Positions 19,860-29,387 of a stretch of DNA of 64,000 nt are shown in pieces; position 1 is the first letter of the stretch; each line of letters starts with the position of its first letter. The DNA is taken from the sequence record OP557969.1; one strand, 5' to 3'. The notes below the pieces were generated by a model, which saw only the letters and a program-made list of their open reading frames with translations, did no database searches and was not told the DNA's origin. This stretch comes from Escherichia phage ph0011. Both the position numbers and the translations under genes were made by a program.

Positions 19860-20242
19860 TGGAAAATGTCGTTGTATATGTATTTGAGATCAATAATGAA
19901 ATCAAGTACGTAATTAATGGTTATAAACATTACACAAGAGCAGACCGAAAGCTGGAAATATATTCAAAAGAAGCAAGAAACTACTGCTTAGGTGATGATT
20001 CAGTTGAGGTTTGGATTGATGGAAATGCAGAGTATTTTGATGCTGACTTCTATGATGATCTTGACAAATCAAATGACTTGTACATTTATGTAGAAAATGA
20101 ACATTATTACACAAATTCTTTGTTTGACATTACCGACAGTACAGTATATGATACTGCTATGGTTAAGTTACTAAAGATTGACCACGATATGTTTAATAAA
20201 CATACAATTTGTGGTTTATTAGATTTTTTCAGAAACTTGTAG
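19859..20242 (+). CDS. hypothetical protein
   Basis: ORF track. Confidence 0.5.
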   Translation: MENVVVYVFEINNEIKYVINGYKHYTRADRKLEIYSKEARNYCLGDDSVEVWIDGNAEYFDADFYDDLDKSNDLYIYVENEHYYTNSLFDITDSTVYDTAMVKLLKIDHDMFNKHTICGLLDFFRNL

Positions 20243-20258
20243 ACAAATACGATCACTG

Positions 20259-20267
20259 TGATATAAT
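20259..20267 (+). promoter_or_regulatory. extended -10 promoter element TGATATAAT
   Basis: exact 9-mer 35 nt upstream of ClpP-like gene. Confidence 0.45.
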
Positions 20268-20301
20268 ACTCACATAAATGAAACAATAGAGGAAAATAAC
20301 A

Positions 20302-20997
20302 ATGGTTGAACAATTCAATTTTGGTGGTTATGCTAATGGTGAAGTAAGTAACATTTCTATTCCATATGTAGTTGAGAAAGTTAATGGTTCAGAACGTACA
20401 TATGATCTAGCATCTCGTATGATGCAAGACCGTATCATTTTCCTTGATACTGACTTCAATGACCAAATGGCACATATCATCAAACAACAATTGGTGTGGT
20501 TAGACTCACAAGGTGATTCCCCTATTACATTCTATATTAGCTCACCGGGCGGTTCAGTACACGCAGGATTGGGTATTGCAGATGTTGCCAAGTCTTGTGT
20601 TTCACCAATTCGTACTGTAGTAATGGGTTATGCAGCTTCAATGGGGTGTTATACTCAATCGGTAATTGGTACTAAAGGTTTTCGTTTAGGTGGTAAGCGT
20701 TCTTACTTTATGTGTCATCAAGTAAGTTCTGGCACACAAGGTTTAATTACCGACCAGAAGATTTCACTTAAACATTCTGATGAATTGAATACACTATTGA
20801 CCAAAGAAATCGCAGAAGCAGTAGGTGTTTCTCATGAACAACTACTGAAAGATGCAGACCGTGATTTGTGGTTGAATGCTGAAGAAGCACTCGAATATGG
20901 TGAAAAAGGATTTATCGATGGTATTATCCTTGGACCACGCAACGAGAAAGGTCAATACCTAGTCAAGCGTCGTGGTGGTGTTGAAGAGTGGGTGTAA
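20302..20997 (+). CDS. ClpP-family serine protease
   Basis: collinear with ClpP: RIIFLDTDFNDQMAHII, ISSPGGSVHAG, GYAASMG (Ser), MCHQ (His), DRDLWLNAEEALEYG (Asp). Confidence 0.8.
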   Translation: MVEQFNFGGYANGEVSNISIPYVVEKVNGSERTYDLASRMMQDRIIFLDTDFNDQMAHIIKQQLVWLDSQGDSPITFYISSPGGSVHAGLGIADVAKSCVSPIRTVVMGYAASMGCYTQSVIGTKGFRLGGKRSYFMCHQVSSGTQGLITDQKISLKHSDELNTLLTKEIAEAVGVSHEQLLKDADRDLWLNAEEALEYGEKGFIDGIILGPRNEKGQYLVKRRGGVEEWV

Positions 20998-21009
20998 AAT
21001 AGTTTTATT

Positions 21010-21036
21010 GATACCCCAAATGGGGTATCATCTTTT
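21010..21036 (+). terminator. possible terminator hairpin
   Basis: stem gatacccc/ggggtatc; weak T-tract. Confidence 0.4.
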
Positions 21037-21045
21037 GGAGATTAT

Positions 21046-21336
21046 ATGAAAGTTCTAGTTCGTAATAATACTGAAGTGGAAAGTGTATTAGATGATTCCG
21101 ATTTTATTAATGTTGCATTCGACCAAATGAGCACAGTAGTGCTTGAATTAAAAAATATAGATGAAGCCGAACGTGTACTGAATGGATTTGCAATTGTGCT
21201 TGAATTAATGAAAGAAGTATTAATTAAAAAGAACATGAATCCAGGTGATGTGGTTAAACATGCAGAAGCTGAGCGTAAAGAACACGGGTCATTCTCTGAT
21301 AAAAAATACATTCAAACTGATGAGGTAAAAGAATAA
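21046..21336 (+). CDS. hypothetical protein
   Basis: ORF track. Confidence 0.5.
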   Translation: MKVLVRNNTEVESVLDDSDFINVAFDQMSTVVLELKNIDEAERVLNGFAIVLELMKEVLIKKNMNPGDVVKHAEAERKEHGSFSDKKYIQTDEVKE

Positions 21337-21337
21337 T

Positions 21338-21784
21338 ATGTCCAATGCACAATATAAAGATGGTTATGACGCATACAAAGCAAAAGTAGTTCTAAGTGCT
21401 GAACAACTAAAAATGCAGCACCCATTGTATCGTCAGGGTTATCGTGCAGCACAAGCAGAATCGATGAAGAAAAATAATGTAACTTTCCCTACGACGTTAT
21501 ATGATATTCCAAAACGCCCACACATTTTTAAAGCAGAATGGACTGATATTATGGCAGCAACTAAACGTCCTCGTTTTGCTAAACTTCACACTGATGAAGG
21601 TCGATGGCTACTAATGGGTATTATGAAAGCAGTTGAGAATCAATCTCACAAAATCGTTCGTTATAAAGATGTTGTGGCTATGGTTGATAAAGCATTTGAT
21701 CTCGTGCTACAATACGGCTATGAAGAAGGCGTATTAACTGTTGCAGATTGTGAACAATATCAGTACACACCTTTTCAAAAATAG
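21338..21784 (+). CDS. hypothetical protein
   Basis: ORF track. Confidence 0.5.
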   Translation: MSNAQYKDGYDAYKAKVVLSAEQLKMQHPLYRQGYRAAQAESMKKNNVTFPTTLYDIPKRPHIFKAEWTDIMAATKRPRFAKLHTDEGRWLLMGIMKAVENQSHKIVRYKDVVAMVDKAFDLVLQYGYEEGVLTVADCEQYQYTPFQK

Positions 21785-21792
21785 TATAACAA

Positions 21793-21824
21793 AAAGGAAT
21801 CCAGATCTGGATTCCTTTTCTTAT
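21793..21824 (+). terminator. rho-independent terminator
   Basis: perfect palindrome ggaatccagatctggattcc followed by TTTT. Confidence 0.65.
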
Positions 21825-21875
21825 TACTGTATACTTAAATGAATATATGAAATTAGTTCTGGTTTAGAGGACATA

Positions 21876-22400
21876 ATGAAATATACACAACTAAACAACA
21901 ATGATACTAATATATGGTTAGGAAATATATCTAAAACACTTGAATTGGTTAAATTCACACTACAAAAATCGGTCGATATTGAAATTAATATTAAGAAAGA
22001 AATATTAAAACATTATCATAAAAATAAATTTTACAAGTTTATTTCTAAATTAATCTATGGGTTATATGATATTGAAGATATTTGTATTGGGTACAGTACT
22101 GGTATTTGTTTCACTACTGATGGTATAATGAATGATTTAAATTTTCGACTAACCCGCGAAGAACAAGATTTTCGTATATTTTGTGATAATATCATGAATG
22201 AAGATAAAATCCAATTTGTGATTGAATTGAGTCAGATATGGTCTGTATATGCAGACAAACCATTCGAAATTAATGAATCAGATATATTAAACTATATTCG
22301 AATAATGAAAATTCATGATTTATGTAAAAACGCATTACTAAGTATTGGAGCCTATGATGAAGCATACGACGTGGTTAAAGATAGCAGAAGTGGTTGCTGA
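21876..22400 (+). CDS. hypothetical protein
   Basis: ORF track; 3' end overlaps cd start. Confidence 0.5.
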   Translation: MKYTQLNNNDTNIWLGNISKTLELVKFTLQKSVDIEINIKKEILKHYHKNKFYKFISKLIYGLYDIEDICIGYSTGICFTTDGIMNDLNFRLTREEQDFRIFCDNIMNEDKIQFVIELSQIWSVYADKPFEINESDILNYIRIMKIHDLCKNALLSIGAYDEAYDVVKDSRSGC

Positions 22401-22836
22401 AGAAAGTAAATGTCTTTCTCAAAAAGTTGGGTGTGTGATTGTTAAAAATAACCGAGTATTGAGTACTGGTTATAATGGTACTCCATCTAAACAACCTAAT
22501 TGTTGTGATGTTAATCAACATTTAGTTAAGAATGGTCGTTTTCAAGACTGGATTAGTGATGAAGCAAAGCATGAACACCATGAGTGGAGTAATATTCATG
22601 AAATACATGCAGAAATGAATGCACTGTTATATAGTTCTCCGACTGAGCGTCAAGGTTCAACACTTTACACAACACTCCAACCGTGTTATACTTGTTCTAA
22701 ATTGATAGCGGGGAGTGGTGTTTCTCGTGTAATTTATCAAAAAAGTTATCCTCGTACTCCACCAGAGGCTATTAAAGTACTGGAAGATGCTGGGATTATT
22801 GTAAATTGCATTTATGATAAGGATCTTGACAAATGA
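22357..22836 (+). CDS. cd: dCMP deaminase (T4 Cd-like)
   Basis: ESKCLSQKVGCVIV, STGYNGTPS, HAEMNAL and PCYTCSK zinc-binding motifs as in T4 Cd; start at ATG 22357 after GGAG. Confidence 0.8.
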   Translation: MKHTTWLKIAEVVAEESKCLSQKVGCVIVKNNRVLSTGYNGTPSKQPNCCDVNQHLVKNGRFQDWISDEAKHEHHEWSNIHEIHAEMNALLYSSPTERQGSTLYTTLQPCYTCSKLIAGSGVSRVIYQKSYPRTPPEAIKVLEDAGIIVNCIYDKDLDK

Positions 22837-23090
22837 CATTATTGGCAATCGCTGGTTTTTTGTTTATATTAGTTTTCTTGTTATTATTGGTAATGTTTGT
22901 TATTGATGATAACGATGGATATTTCAGAAATTATAAAGTACGCTTTTCTGCACAAAATAATAAGTATTATATTGTGAATTGTATTAAACATCGTGAAAAG
23001 AATGTAACAAATAGATTTGGATTTACAATTTATTACAAAGACCGCGTAGAGGCTGATATGATTTGTCAAAAACTTAACACAGTAGAATAA
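22833..23090 (+). CDS. small membrane protein
   Basis: N-terminal hydrophobic helix LLAIAGFLFILVFLLLLVMFVI. Confidence 0.5.
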   Translation: MTLLAIAGFLFILVFLLLLVMFVIDDNDGYFRNYKVRFSAQNNKYYIVNCIKHREKNVTNRFGFTIYYKDRVEADMICQKLNTVE

Positions 23091-23117
23091 AAAAAGGAGC
23101 CATATGGCTCCTTTTTT
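23090..23117. terminator. bidirectional rho-independent terminator
   Basis: palindrome ggagccatatggctcc flanked by A-run and T-run. Confidence 0.65.
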
Positions 23118-23320
23118 ATGTTTTTACGTAAGATGTATAGATCATTATTCAATTTGATTTTGTGAATCATATACATAGAACAAAAACCTCCAACACCTGC
23201 TTTTTCATCTTTTAATTTAATGAAGAAAGTATCATCTCTTAGACTTTCATCTGAATTTTCGATACTATCAATAGAAAAAGGAAGTCTTCCGGTTAATGCA
23301 ATTATGCTACTCTAAGGAAA

Positions 23321-23342
23321 GTGCATGATAATTATCATGCAC
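23321..23342. repeat. 22-bp perfect palindrome just 3' of the minus-strand gene
   Basis: gtgcatgataattatcatgcac. Confidence 0.5.
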
Positions 23343-23356
23343 TATATTATTAAAAA

Positions 23357-26029
23357 TTAAGCACTGATTGTTACAGTTGCAGTATCTTTTTTATTACCAT
23401 CCACTGTAGTCACTGTAATGATTACAGAACCTTCTTCTAGAGCAGTTACTAATCCATCATCACTAATAGATACTTTAGTAGGTTTATCTGCACTATAAGT
23501 TACTGATTTGTTAGTTGCTTTAGCTGGTAGAACTTCTGGAACTAGTTGAACTGTTTTAGTTCCTGATAGTGAAAGTTCAGTAGTTTTAGGTGTTAAACTA
23601 ACACTGGATACTGGAACTGGAATATTAACGATTACTGATGTTTGACCAGTAACATCACTACCATCAGCGGCAGTAGCGATAATATTTGCAGTACCATTAG
23701 TTAGTGCAGTTACGATACCAGTATTAGCATCTACTTTAGCAATTTCTGGAGCACTGGATGACCAAATTACATTTTTATTGGTTGCATCACTTGGGGTAAT
23801 TGCAGCAGCCATTTGTTTAGTTGCATTCAATGTAGTCAAAGTTTGATCTTTAGGAGTTACATCAATTGCAGTTACTGGCACTGGAATATTAACAGTAATA
23901 ACACCTTGACCTGTTTTACCACTTCCATCAGCAGCAGTTGCGATAATGTTTGCAGAACCGTTAGTTAACGCAGTTACAACACCAGTACTAGCATCTACTT
24001 TCGCTACAGCAGGTTTACTGGAAGACCATGTTACAGATTTATTTGTTGCGTTAGTTGGAAGAACTTCAGCAGCCATTGCTTGAGTTGCGTTAACAGCAGT
24101 CAATGTTTTAGTTGCTGGAGTAACATTAATAGATGCGACTGGAACTGGAATTGCTACAGTTACCGCACATTTTGCAGTTTTTGCTCCATCAGCAGTTGTT
24201 ACTGTGATATCAGCAGTGCCATTTGCTACAGCAGTGATTAAACCAGTTGGACTAACAGTTGCCACTCCATCAGCAGAAGTACTATAAGTTACTGCTTTGT
24301 TGGTAGCATTAGGTGGTAGTACAGTTGGTGTTAGTTGTTGAGTATCACCGACTGAAGTTAATTTAGCACTTGTTGGAGATACTGATACACTTGCAACAGG
24401 AACTGGAATGTTAACAGTTACCACGCAAACTTTAGAAAATCCACCATCAGATGTGGTTGCTGTAATATTTGCAGTACCGTTTGCAACAGCAGTGATTAAA
24501 CCAGTTGGACTTACCGTTGCGACACCCTCAGCAGAAGTAGTGTATGAAATATCTTTACGACGAGCGTTATCTGGAATAACAGATGCAGTTAGTTGTTGAG
24601 TAGCACCTACAGAAGTTAGGGTTGCTGTCAACGGAGTCATATTAATTCCAGTTACTGGGATCGTTACATCAATCACTGATTCAGCAGTTTTAGCACCATC
24701 ATCAGTGGTAACAGTAATAGTTGTAGTACCGTTATCAACCGAAGTTACTAGACCAGTATTACTAACTTTTGCTACGTCTGGATATGAAGAAACATATGAA
24801 ACTGCTTTATTGGATGCAGTTGCAGGAGCAACGGTTGTTTCTAATTGTTTAGTATCACCTAATGTTGAGAATGTATAAGTACTAGGAGTCATTGTGACAC
24901 CAGATACTGGTGTTTTCACTGTGATTGTAGTAGTGTCCGTTTTAGCACCATCTTCGGTTGTAGCTGTAATCACCACTGTGCCGTTAGCCACACCAGTTAC
25001 TAGACCAGAAGTAGGGTTAACAGTTGCTATATCAGGTGTTGCTGAAGACCACGTGACGTTTTTATTAGTTGCATCATCAGGAGATATTGTAGCAGTTAAT
25101 TGTTGAGTACTGCCAACGTTAATTGATGCAGTTTTAGGAGAAACAACAACACCACTAACTGGAGTTGTTACAGTAACAGTACATTTTGAAACAAATGAAC
25201 CATCAACTGTAGTTGCAATTACATCAGTACTGCCATCTGCAATACCAGTTACCATACCAGTTGGACTTACAGTTGCGAAGCGTGGTATACTGGATGACCA
25301 AATAACACTTTTATCACTTGCATCATCGGGTGATACGGTAGCTGTTAGTTGATGAGTTTTACCAACACCAAGAGATAGAGTTGAAGGAGAAACAACAACA
25401 CCACTAACTGGAGTTGTTACAGTAAATGCACAAACATCGGTGAAACCACCATCATGAGTAGTAACTGTTACATTTGCATTACCATTAGCACGGGCAATTG
25501 CTAAACCAGTTTGAGCATCAACTTCAACTATTGTTGGAGCAGAGGAACTATAACTTACTGTTGGATCATTTGCATAATCTGGATTAATTGTAGCTGATAG
25601 TTGTTGTGTGCTACCAACTTTAAGTGCTACTACTTTGGGTGAAATAATAACACCATTAACTGGTGTAGTATAATCACGTTTAACCACACGACCATTGTTC
25701 AATTTAATAATACGACCCATATAAAGAGTAGCATATCCCTTACTAATCCCATCATCTACATAAATCATAAATGAATTGTCTTGAACCATATTAATTGCGT
25801 CTACTGGCTTAACAGTATTTGGAATGTCGATACCACGGGTATCATACCAACACATGGAAACTTTGTAATATATATCACCATTATCATTGATGAGATCATA
25901 CACGTTACTGGAACGTTGACGGTTAATATATAAAGTTTCGGTTAATACCTTACCATCGATTTTAGCGACAGAAACTTTAATACCACCAATACCAAATGGC
26001 AATTTACCTTCACTAGATATTGCTTTCAT
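23357..26029 (-). CDS. Ig-like (Big_2-type) repeat protein, probable virion surface/decoration or adhesin protein
   Basis: 890 aa; about ten tandem ~85-aa repeats of pattern VSGVVVSP..VG.TQQLTATV.P..ATNK.V.WSS..P..A.V...GLVT..A.G...ITATT.DG; late-promoter motif upstream. Confidence 0.8.
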   Translation of the reverse strand: MKAISSEGKLPFGIGGIKVSVAKIDGKVLTETLYINRQRSSNVYDLINDNGDIYYKVSMCWYDTRGIDIPNTVKPVDAINMVQDNSFMIYVDDGISKGYATLYMGRIIKLNNGRVVKRDYTTPVNGVIISPKVVALKVGSTQQLSATINPDYANDPTVSYSSSAPTIVEVDAQTGLAIARANGNANVTVTTHDGGFTDVCAFTVTTPVSGVVVSPSTLSLGVGKTHQLTATVSPDDASDKSVIWSSSIPRFATVSPTGMVTGIADGSTDVIATTVDGSFVSKCTVTVTTPVSGVVVSPKTASINVGSTQQLTATISPDDATNKNVTWSSATPDIATVNPTSGLVTGVANGTVVITATTEDGAKTDTTTITVKTPVSGVTMTPSTYTFSTLGDTKQLETTVAPATASNKAVSYVSSYPDVAKVSNTGLVTSVDNGTTTITVTTDDGAKTAESVIDVTIPVTGINMTPLTATLTSVGATQQLTASVIPDNARRKDISYTTSAEGVATVSPTGLITAVANGTANITATTSDGGFSKVCVVTVNIPVPVASVSVSPTSAKLTSVGDTQQLTPTVLPPNATNKAVTYSTSADGVATVSPTGLITAVANGTADITVTTADGAKTAKCAVTVAIPVPVASINVTPATKTLTAVNATQAMAAEVLPTNATNKSVTWSSSKPAVAKVDASTGVVTALTNGSANIIATAADGSGKTGQGVITVNIPVPVTAIDVTPKDQTLTTLNATKQMAAAITPSDATNKNVIWSSSAPEIAKVDANTGIVTALTNGTANIIATAADGSDVTGQTSVIVNIPVPVSSVSLTPKTTELSLSGTKTVQLVPEVLPAKATNKSVTYSADKPTKVSISDDGLVTALEEGSVIITVTTVDGNKKDTATVTISA
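23560..25700 (-). repeat. tandem coding repeats (~255-bp period) within Ig-like gene, including identical 40-nt segments
   Basis: ggagaaacaacaacaccactaactggagttgttacagtaa occurs at ~25139 and ~25390. Confidence 0.6.
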
Positions 26030-26066
26030 ATACTTTCCTTTATAAAATTGTATTGTATTGTTATAT

Positions 26067-26074
26067 TATTTATA
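26067..26074 (-). promoter_or_regulatory. T4-type late promoter motif TATAAATA (minus strand)
   Basis: tatttata on + strand, ~37 nt upstream of minus-strand ATG at 26029. Confidence 0.45.
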
Positions 26075-26329
26075 TTATAACAAAATTATTTTAGTATTAA
26101 AAAGGTGTTCGAATGCTTCTTGAAATCTGGCTTGGACAGGTCAATCTTTGCTTTTAAAATGGAATTGTAAACTGCCTCCTGATATGATATCATAGTTTAA
26201 ATGGTAAATCAATAAACTTAACAAAAAAAACTTGCTACTACAGTCATAATTGTTCAATTTTGTACTTGACATAATTAATCAATTATTGTACTATTGTTAA
26301 TGTTCCTTAACTCAAATCCGAGGTAATCA

Positions 26330-26935
26330 ATGAAACTATTCTTGAAAGAGATTGTACAAACCGTTGTTTTAATCGCTGCATTAAATTTTCCAGCAGCGGC
26401 AGAAGTTTCAAAAAAAGCATCTGTTCTTCTATTAAATGAACAGGTTGTATCAATGGATGGTGAACTAAATGATAATACGGTACAAGAAGTAGAGCAGTTG
26501 TGGAAAGAAAAAAGATTTAAAATTTTAACAATTACATCACCTGGGGGTGATTTTGATGCTGGTATTAAAATGGCAAATTTTGTTAGAGACAATGGTATAA
26601 ATTTAATTGTTTCTAAATATTGCAATTCGGCATGTACTGTGGTATTCTTTAGTGTATCCCCAGAAAAGCGATATATGACAAATCAATCAGTACTGGGATT
26701 GCATAATATTTCAATCAAAAGTAACGTTAAAGATATGGATCATACTTTCGTATCTGTTAGACAACTATCATCATTTACTGAAGAAATGGCAACAAAAGTA
26801 GGATTTTTATTTACACTATATTCAGCTAATGGTATTCCACCTAGCATTCTATATAAAGTTAGTCGTTCACGTGGTGAAGATGTTGTTATCTTAACAAAAA
26901 CAGACCTAATAAATTACGGTTCAGTCAATCCATGA
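26330..26935 (+). CDS. secreted ClpP/crotonase-fold (S49-like) protein
   Basis: N-terminal signal-like segment; TSPGGDFDAG resembles ClpP SPGG motif. Confidence 0.5.
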   Translation: MKLFLKEIVQTVVLIAALNFPAAAEVSKKASVLLLNEQVVSMDGELNDNTVQEVEQLWKEKRFKILTITSPGGDFDAGIKMANFVRDNGINLIVSKYCNSACTVVFFSVSPEKRYMTNQSVLGLHNISIKSNVKDMDHTFVSVRQLSSFTEEMATKVGFLFTLYSANGIPPSILYKVSRSRGEDVVILTKTDLINYGSVNP

Positions 26936-27003
26936 AAATAATTATAATAACAGGATGATTATGTTGTTCTTCCTTTGTTATTAACTATATCGGAAATATA
27001 ACC

Positions 27004-27264
27004 ATGACAAACATCCAGAATTTGACATCTATTATTTTTTATGCTACAGTGGTGATATATGCTATTGTACTTATTTTAACAGTTTTTATATACAAAGATT
27101 ACAAAAAAGGCTTTATTAATAGCACAACAATCAAGTTCAATTCTAAATTTAAAGAAATTATATTTTATGTTTTGACAACATCATATTTGTTGTGTATATT
27201 GTTACTAGGGCCATTGATTTATATTTTATATACAACATTATTTGCAATTGGAGCTATTTTATGA
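27004..27264 (+). CDS. small membrane protein
   Basis: three hydrophobic segments. Confidence 0.5.
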   Translation: MTNIQNLTSIIFYATVVIYAIVLILTVFIYKDYKKGFINSTTIKFNSKFKEIIFYVLTTSYLLCILLLGPLIYILYTTLFAIGAIL

Positions 27265-27857
27265 CATGTATTATTGCACACACTAACGGTGTAACTTCAT
27301 TTATTGCAGGGGACAAGATGGGGAGTGATGGTTTTACGAAATCAATCCAAACAGAGCCGAAAGTGTTTGAGAAAGAATTCGTAAAGATTAGTGGTGATGA
27401 CGGCTTGACTCGTACAAAAGATGTTATGACTTTTGGATTCACTACATCATTTCGTATGGGGCAACTGCTAACTTACAATTTAAATTTACCAGACCAAAAT
27501 TCAAATGAGACGTTTCTACAGTACTTAGTACTGAAAGTTATTCCTATTATTCGCCAAATGTTTAAAGACGAATGGGGTGCACGTGATACATCACAAGATG
27601 TTGGTGGTGGTCAATTTATTATTTTACACAATCATAAGATTTATGAAATTCAGGAAGATTTTTCAGTTCTCCAGTCAAAATCAAGTATTGCATCAGTTGG
27701 TAGTGGTACATATCATGCAATTGCAGCGATGCAAGCATACATTGAACTCGAAAAAGAAACTAACGTACAACTTCATGAACGTATCAAATCTATTTTCAAA
27801 ATTGTCAGTGATAATGTGTCGAGTGTAAGTGAAGAGTTTGATGTATTAAAATATTAA
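27261..27857 (+). CDS. HslV/proteasome beta-like Ntn hydrolase
   Basis: M-T start (Thr1 nucleophile) TCIIAHTNGVTSFIAGD and IASVGSGTYHAIAAMQAY parallel HslV TTIVSVRRNGHVVIAGD and IAIGSGGPYAQAAARAL; ATG 27261 overlaps upstream stop with GGAG upstream. Confidence 0.65.
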   Translation: MTCIIAHTNGVTSFIAGDKMGSDGFTKSIQTEPKVFEKEFVKISGDDGLTRTKDVMTFGFTTSFRMGQLLTYNLNLPDQNSNETFLQYLVLKVIPIIRQMFKDEWGARDTSQDVGGGQFIILHNHKIYEIQEDFSVLQSKSSIASVGSGTYHAIAAMQAYIELEKETNVQLHERIKSIFKIVSDNVSSVSEEFDVLKY

Positions 27858-27872
27858 AATTATAAGAGAGAA

Positions 27873-28067
27873 ATGATGGCATACACAATTTATGAATGGA
27901 TTTTGAGTTTTATTATAGTATTTTTTATGGTTGTAATTTACAATAATGCTAAATGCTTATATAGAGATTTAAAATCCAATGGTTATCATGCAAACAATAA
28001 TTTAATGTATGCCTATCATATTGGAATCATTCTATTATTATCAATATATTTAATTGGCTTTATATAA
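27873..28067 (+). CDS. small membrane protein
   Basis: two hydrophobic helices. Confidence 0.45.
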   Translation: MMAYTIYEWILSFIIVFFMVVIYNNAKCLYRDLKSNGYHANNNLMYAYHIGIILLLSIYLIGFI

Positions 28068-28076
28068 GGATTACGT

Positions 28077-28829
28077 ATGATATCAGAAAAATTCATAAGT
28101 AATGAGGGAAACAAGAGATTACTTATCATCTCAGGAGCAGGTCTTTCCGTTGAAAGTGGTATGGACCCATTTCGTTTCGATGATGGCCTATGGGATACAT
28201 TTAAAATTAATGATGTATGTAATATTGCAAATTTAGATACAAAATATCATATTGTTCATTCGTTTTATAACACGCTGCGTGTTAAACTGGGTCAATGTGA
28301 ACCAAATGCAATGCATTATTTTATAAAATCATTAGAGGAACAATATGGTGATTGTTTCCTTCATATGACTTCAAATATGGATGATCTTTACACCCGTATT
28401 GGCGGTAAAGAACTTAAACTTCATGGTAATTTATGTGAAGTGATAGAAAATTATAGTATTAATGGTGATGATTACAACATTGTTAACTGTGGTTATGAGC
28501 CATATATCCCAAAACATGATATTTTTGCTAAACCAAATGTAGTGATGATTGGTGAGTATCATCGTTATGTAGATGGTGTACGCCTACCAATATATGAAGA
28601 ACGAAATAATGTCTTGAAATCCCTTGATGAAAATGATACAGTTATTGTTATTGGTAGCAGCGATACTGTTCTTGTATGGTCCCGATTGGTAGCATCATTG
28701 CCATGTTATAGTGTCAATGTTAATATTAGAAAGAATGATAATGATTTTTTGTTTAATGAAAAAATTATCAAGCCAGCAACCAAAGCAATACCACAACTAG
28801 AGACTATAATTAAGGAACGTATGAAATGA
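28077..28829 (+). CDS. SIR2-family (sirtuin-like) NAD-dependent enzyme
   Basis: GAGLSVESGMDPFRFDDGLW, TSNMDDLYTR, LHGNL, VIVIGSSDTV match sirtuin motifs (CobB GAGISAESGIRTFR..GLW, TQNIDNLHER, HG, IGTSG); zinc tetra-Cys module not evident. Confidence 0.75.
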   Translation: MISEKFISNEGNKRLLIISGAGLSVESGMDPFRFDDGLWDTFKINDVCNIANLDTKYHIVHSFYNTLRVKLGQCEPNAMHYFIKSLEEQYGDCFLHMTSNMDDLYTRIGGKELKLHGNLCEVIENYSINGDDYNIVNCGYEPYIPKHDIFAKPNVVMIGEYHRYVDGVRLPIYEERNNVLKSLDENDTVIVIGSSDTVLVWSRLVASLPCYSVNVNIRKNDNDFLFNEKIIKPATKAIPQLETIIKERMK

Positions 28830-29377
28830 GTGTTAAAGAAGTTCCCTTTGGTGAATATGGTTCACGTGCAAATTTTGTATTCTGCTATTTCTTTGCAAGA
28901 GGATGTAATCCCTACGAAAACTATGAGTTGAATGATATACCAGAAGTAAATTTAGTATTACTTCAACTACGATGGGATGGCCTTCTGGGTGGATGTGGTG
29001 GTACAGTTGAAAGTACTGATATCTCATTAGAAGATGCGTTGCGTCGTGAAATACAAGAAGAAATGAACTACTATATTTTTGTTTCTCACCTAAAACCACT
29101 TAAAACGTTTGAAATTTACCCAGGTGCAAACAGTCATAGTTTCAGTTATGAAGTAACATATGATGAGTTAAAATACATTCGTGATGGGTATACAACTGCC
29201 AAACATGCAAGTGCCGAAGTTGCTGGTGTAAATTTATGTCACATTTCTCGTTATTCTAAGGGACAAAATCGAGAAGCGGGATATAATAATCTTATGACAC
29301 AGAACTTCATCGGTACAGCAAAACACGAATTAGCGTATCTGGTACAAAAAGAGAACTTACTAATTAGCTATCTATAG
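28826..29377 (+). CDS. divergent Nudix-like protein
   Basis: GGCGGTVE ... RREIQEEMN resembles Nudix box G-x5-E-x7-REUxEExGU with longer spacer; start overlaps SIR2 stop (ATGA). Confidence 0.45.
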   Translation: MSVKEVPFGEYGSRANFVFCYFFARGCNPYENYELNDIPEVNLVLLQLRWDGLLGGCGGTVESTDISLEDALRREIQEEMNYYIFVSHLKPLKTFEIYPGANSHSFSYEVTYDELKYIRDGYTTAKHASAEVAGVNLCHISRYSKGQNREAGYNNLMTQNFIGTAKHELAYLVQKENLLISYL

Positions 29378-29387
29378 GAGTTTAAAA

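Noticed and set aside
23560-25700. Regular ~255-bp repeats that could be mistaken for a repeat array such as CRISPR
   Set aside because: Repeats are in-frame protein-coding Ig-like domain repeats within one long ORF, with no short spacer architecture.
26145-26175. MotA-box-like sequence (tttgcttttaa) suggesting a T4 middle promoter
   Set aside because: Only a partial match to the MotA box consensus and 160 nt from the nearest start codon; too weak to list as a feature.
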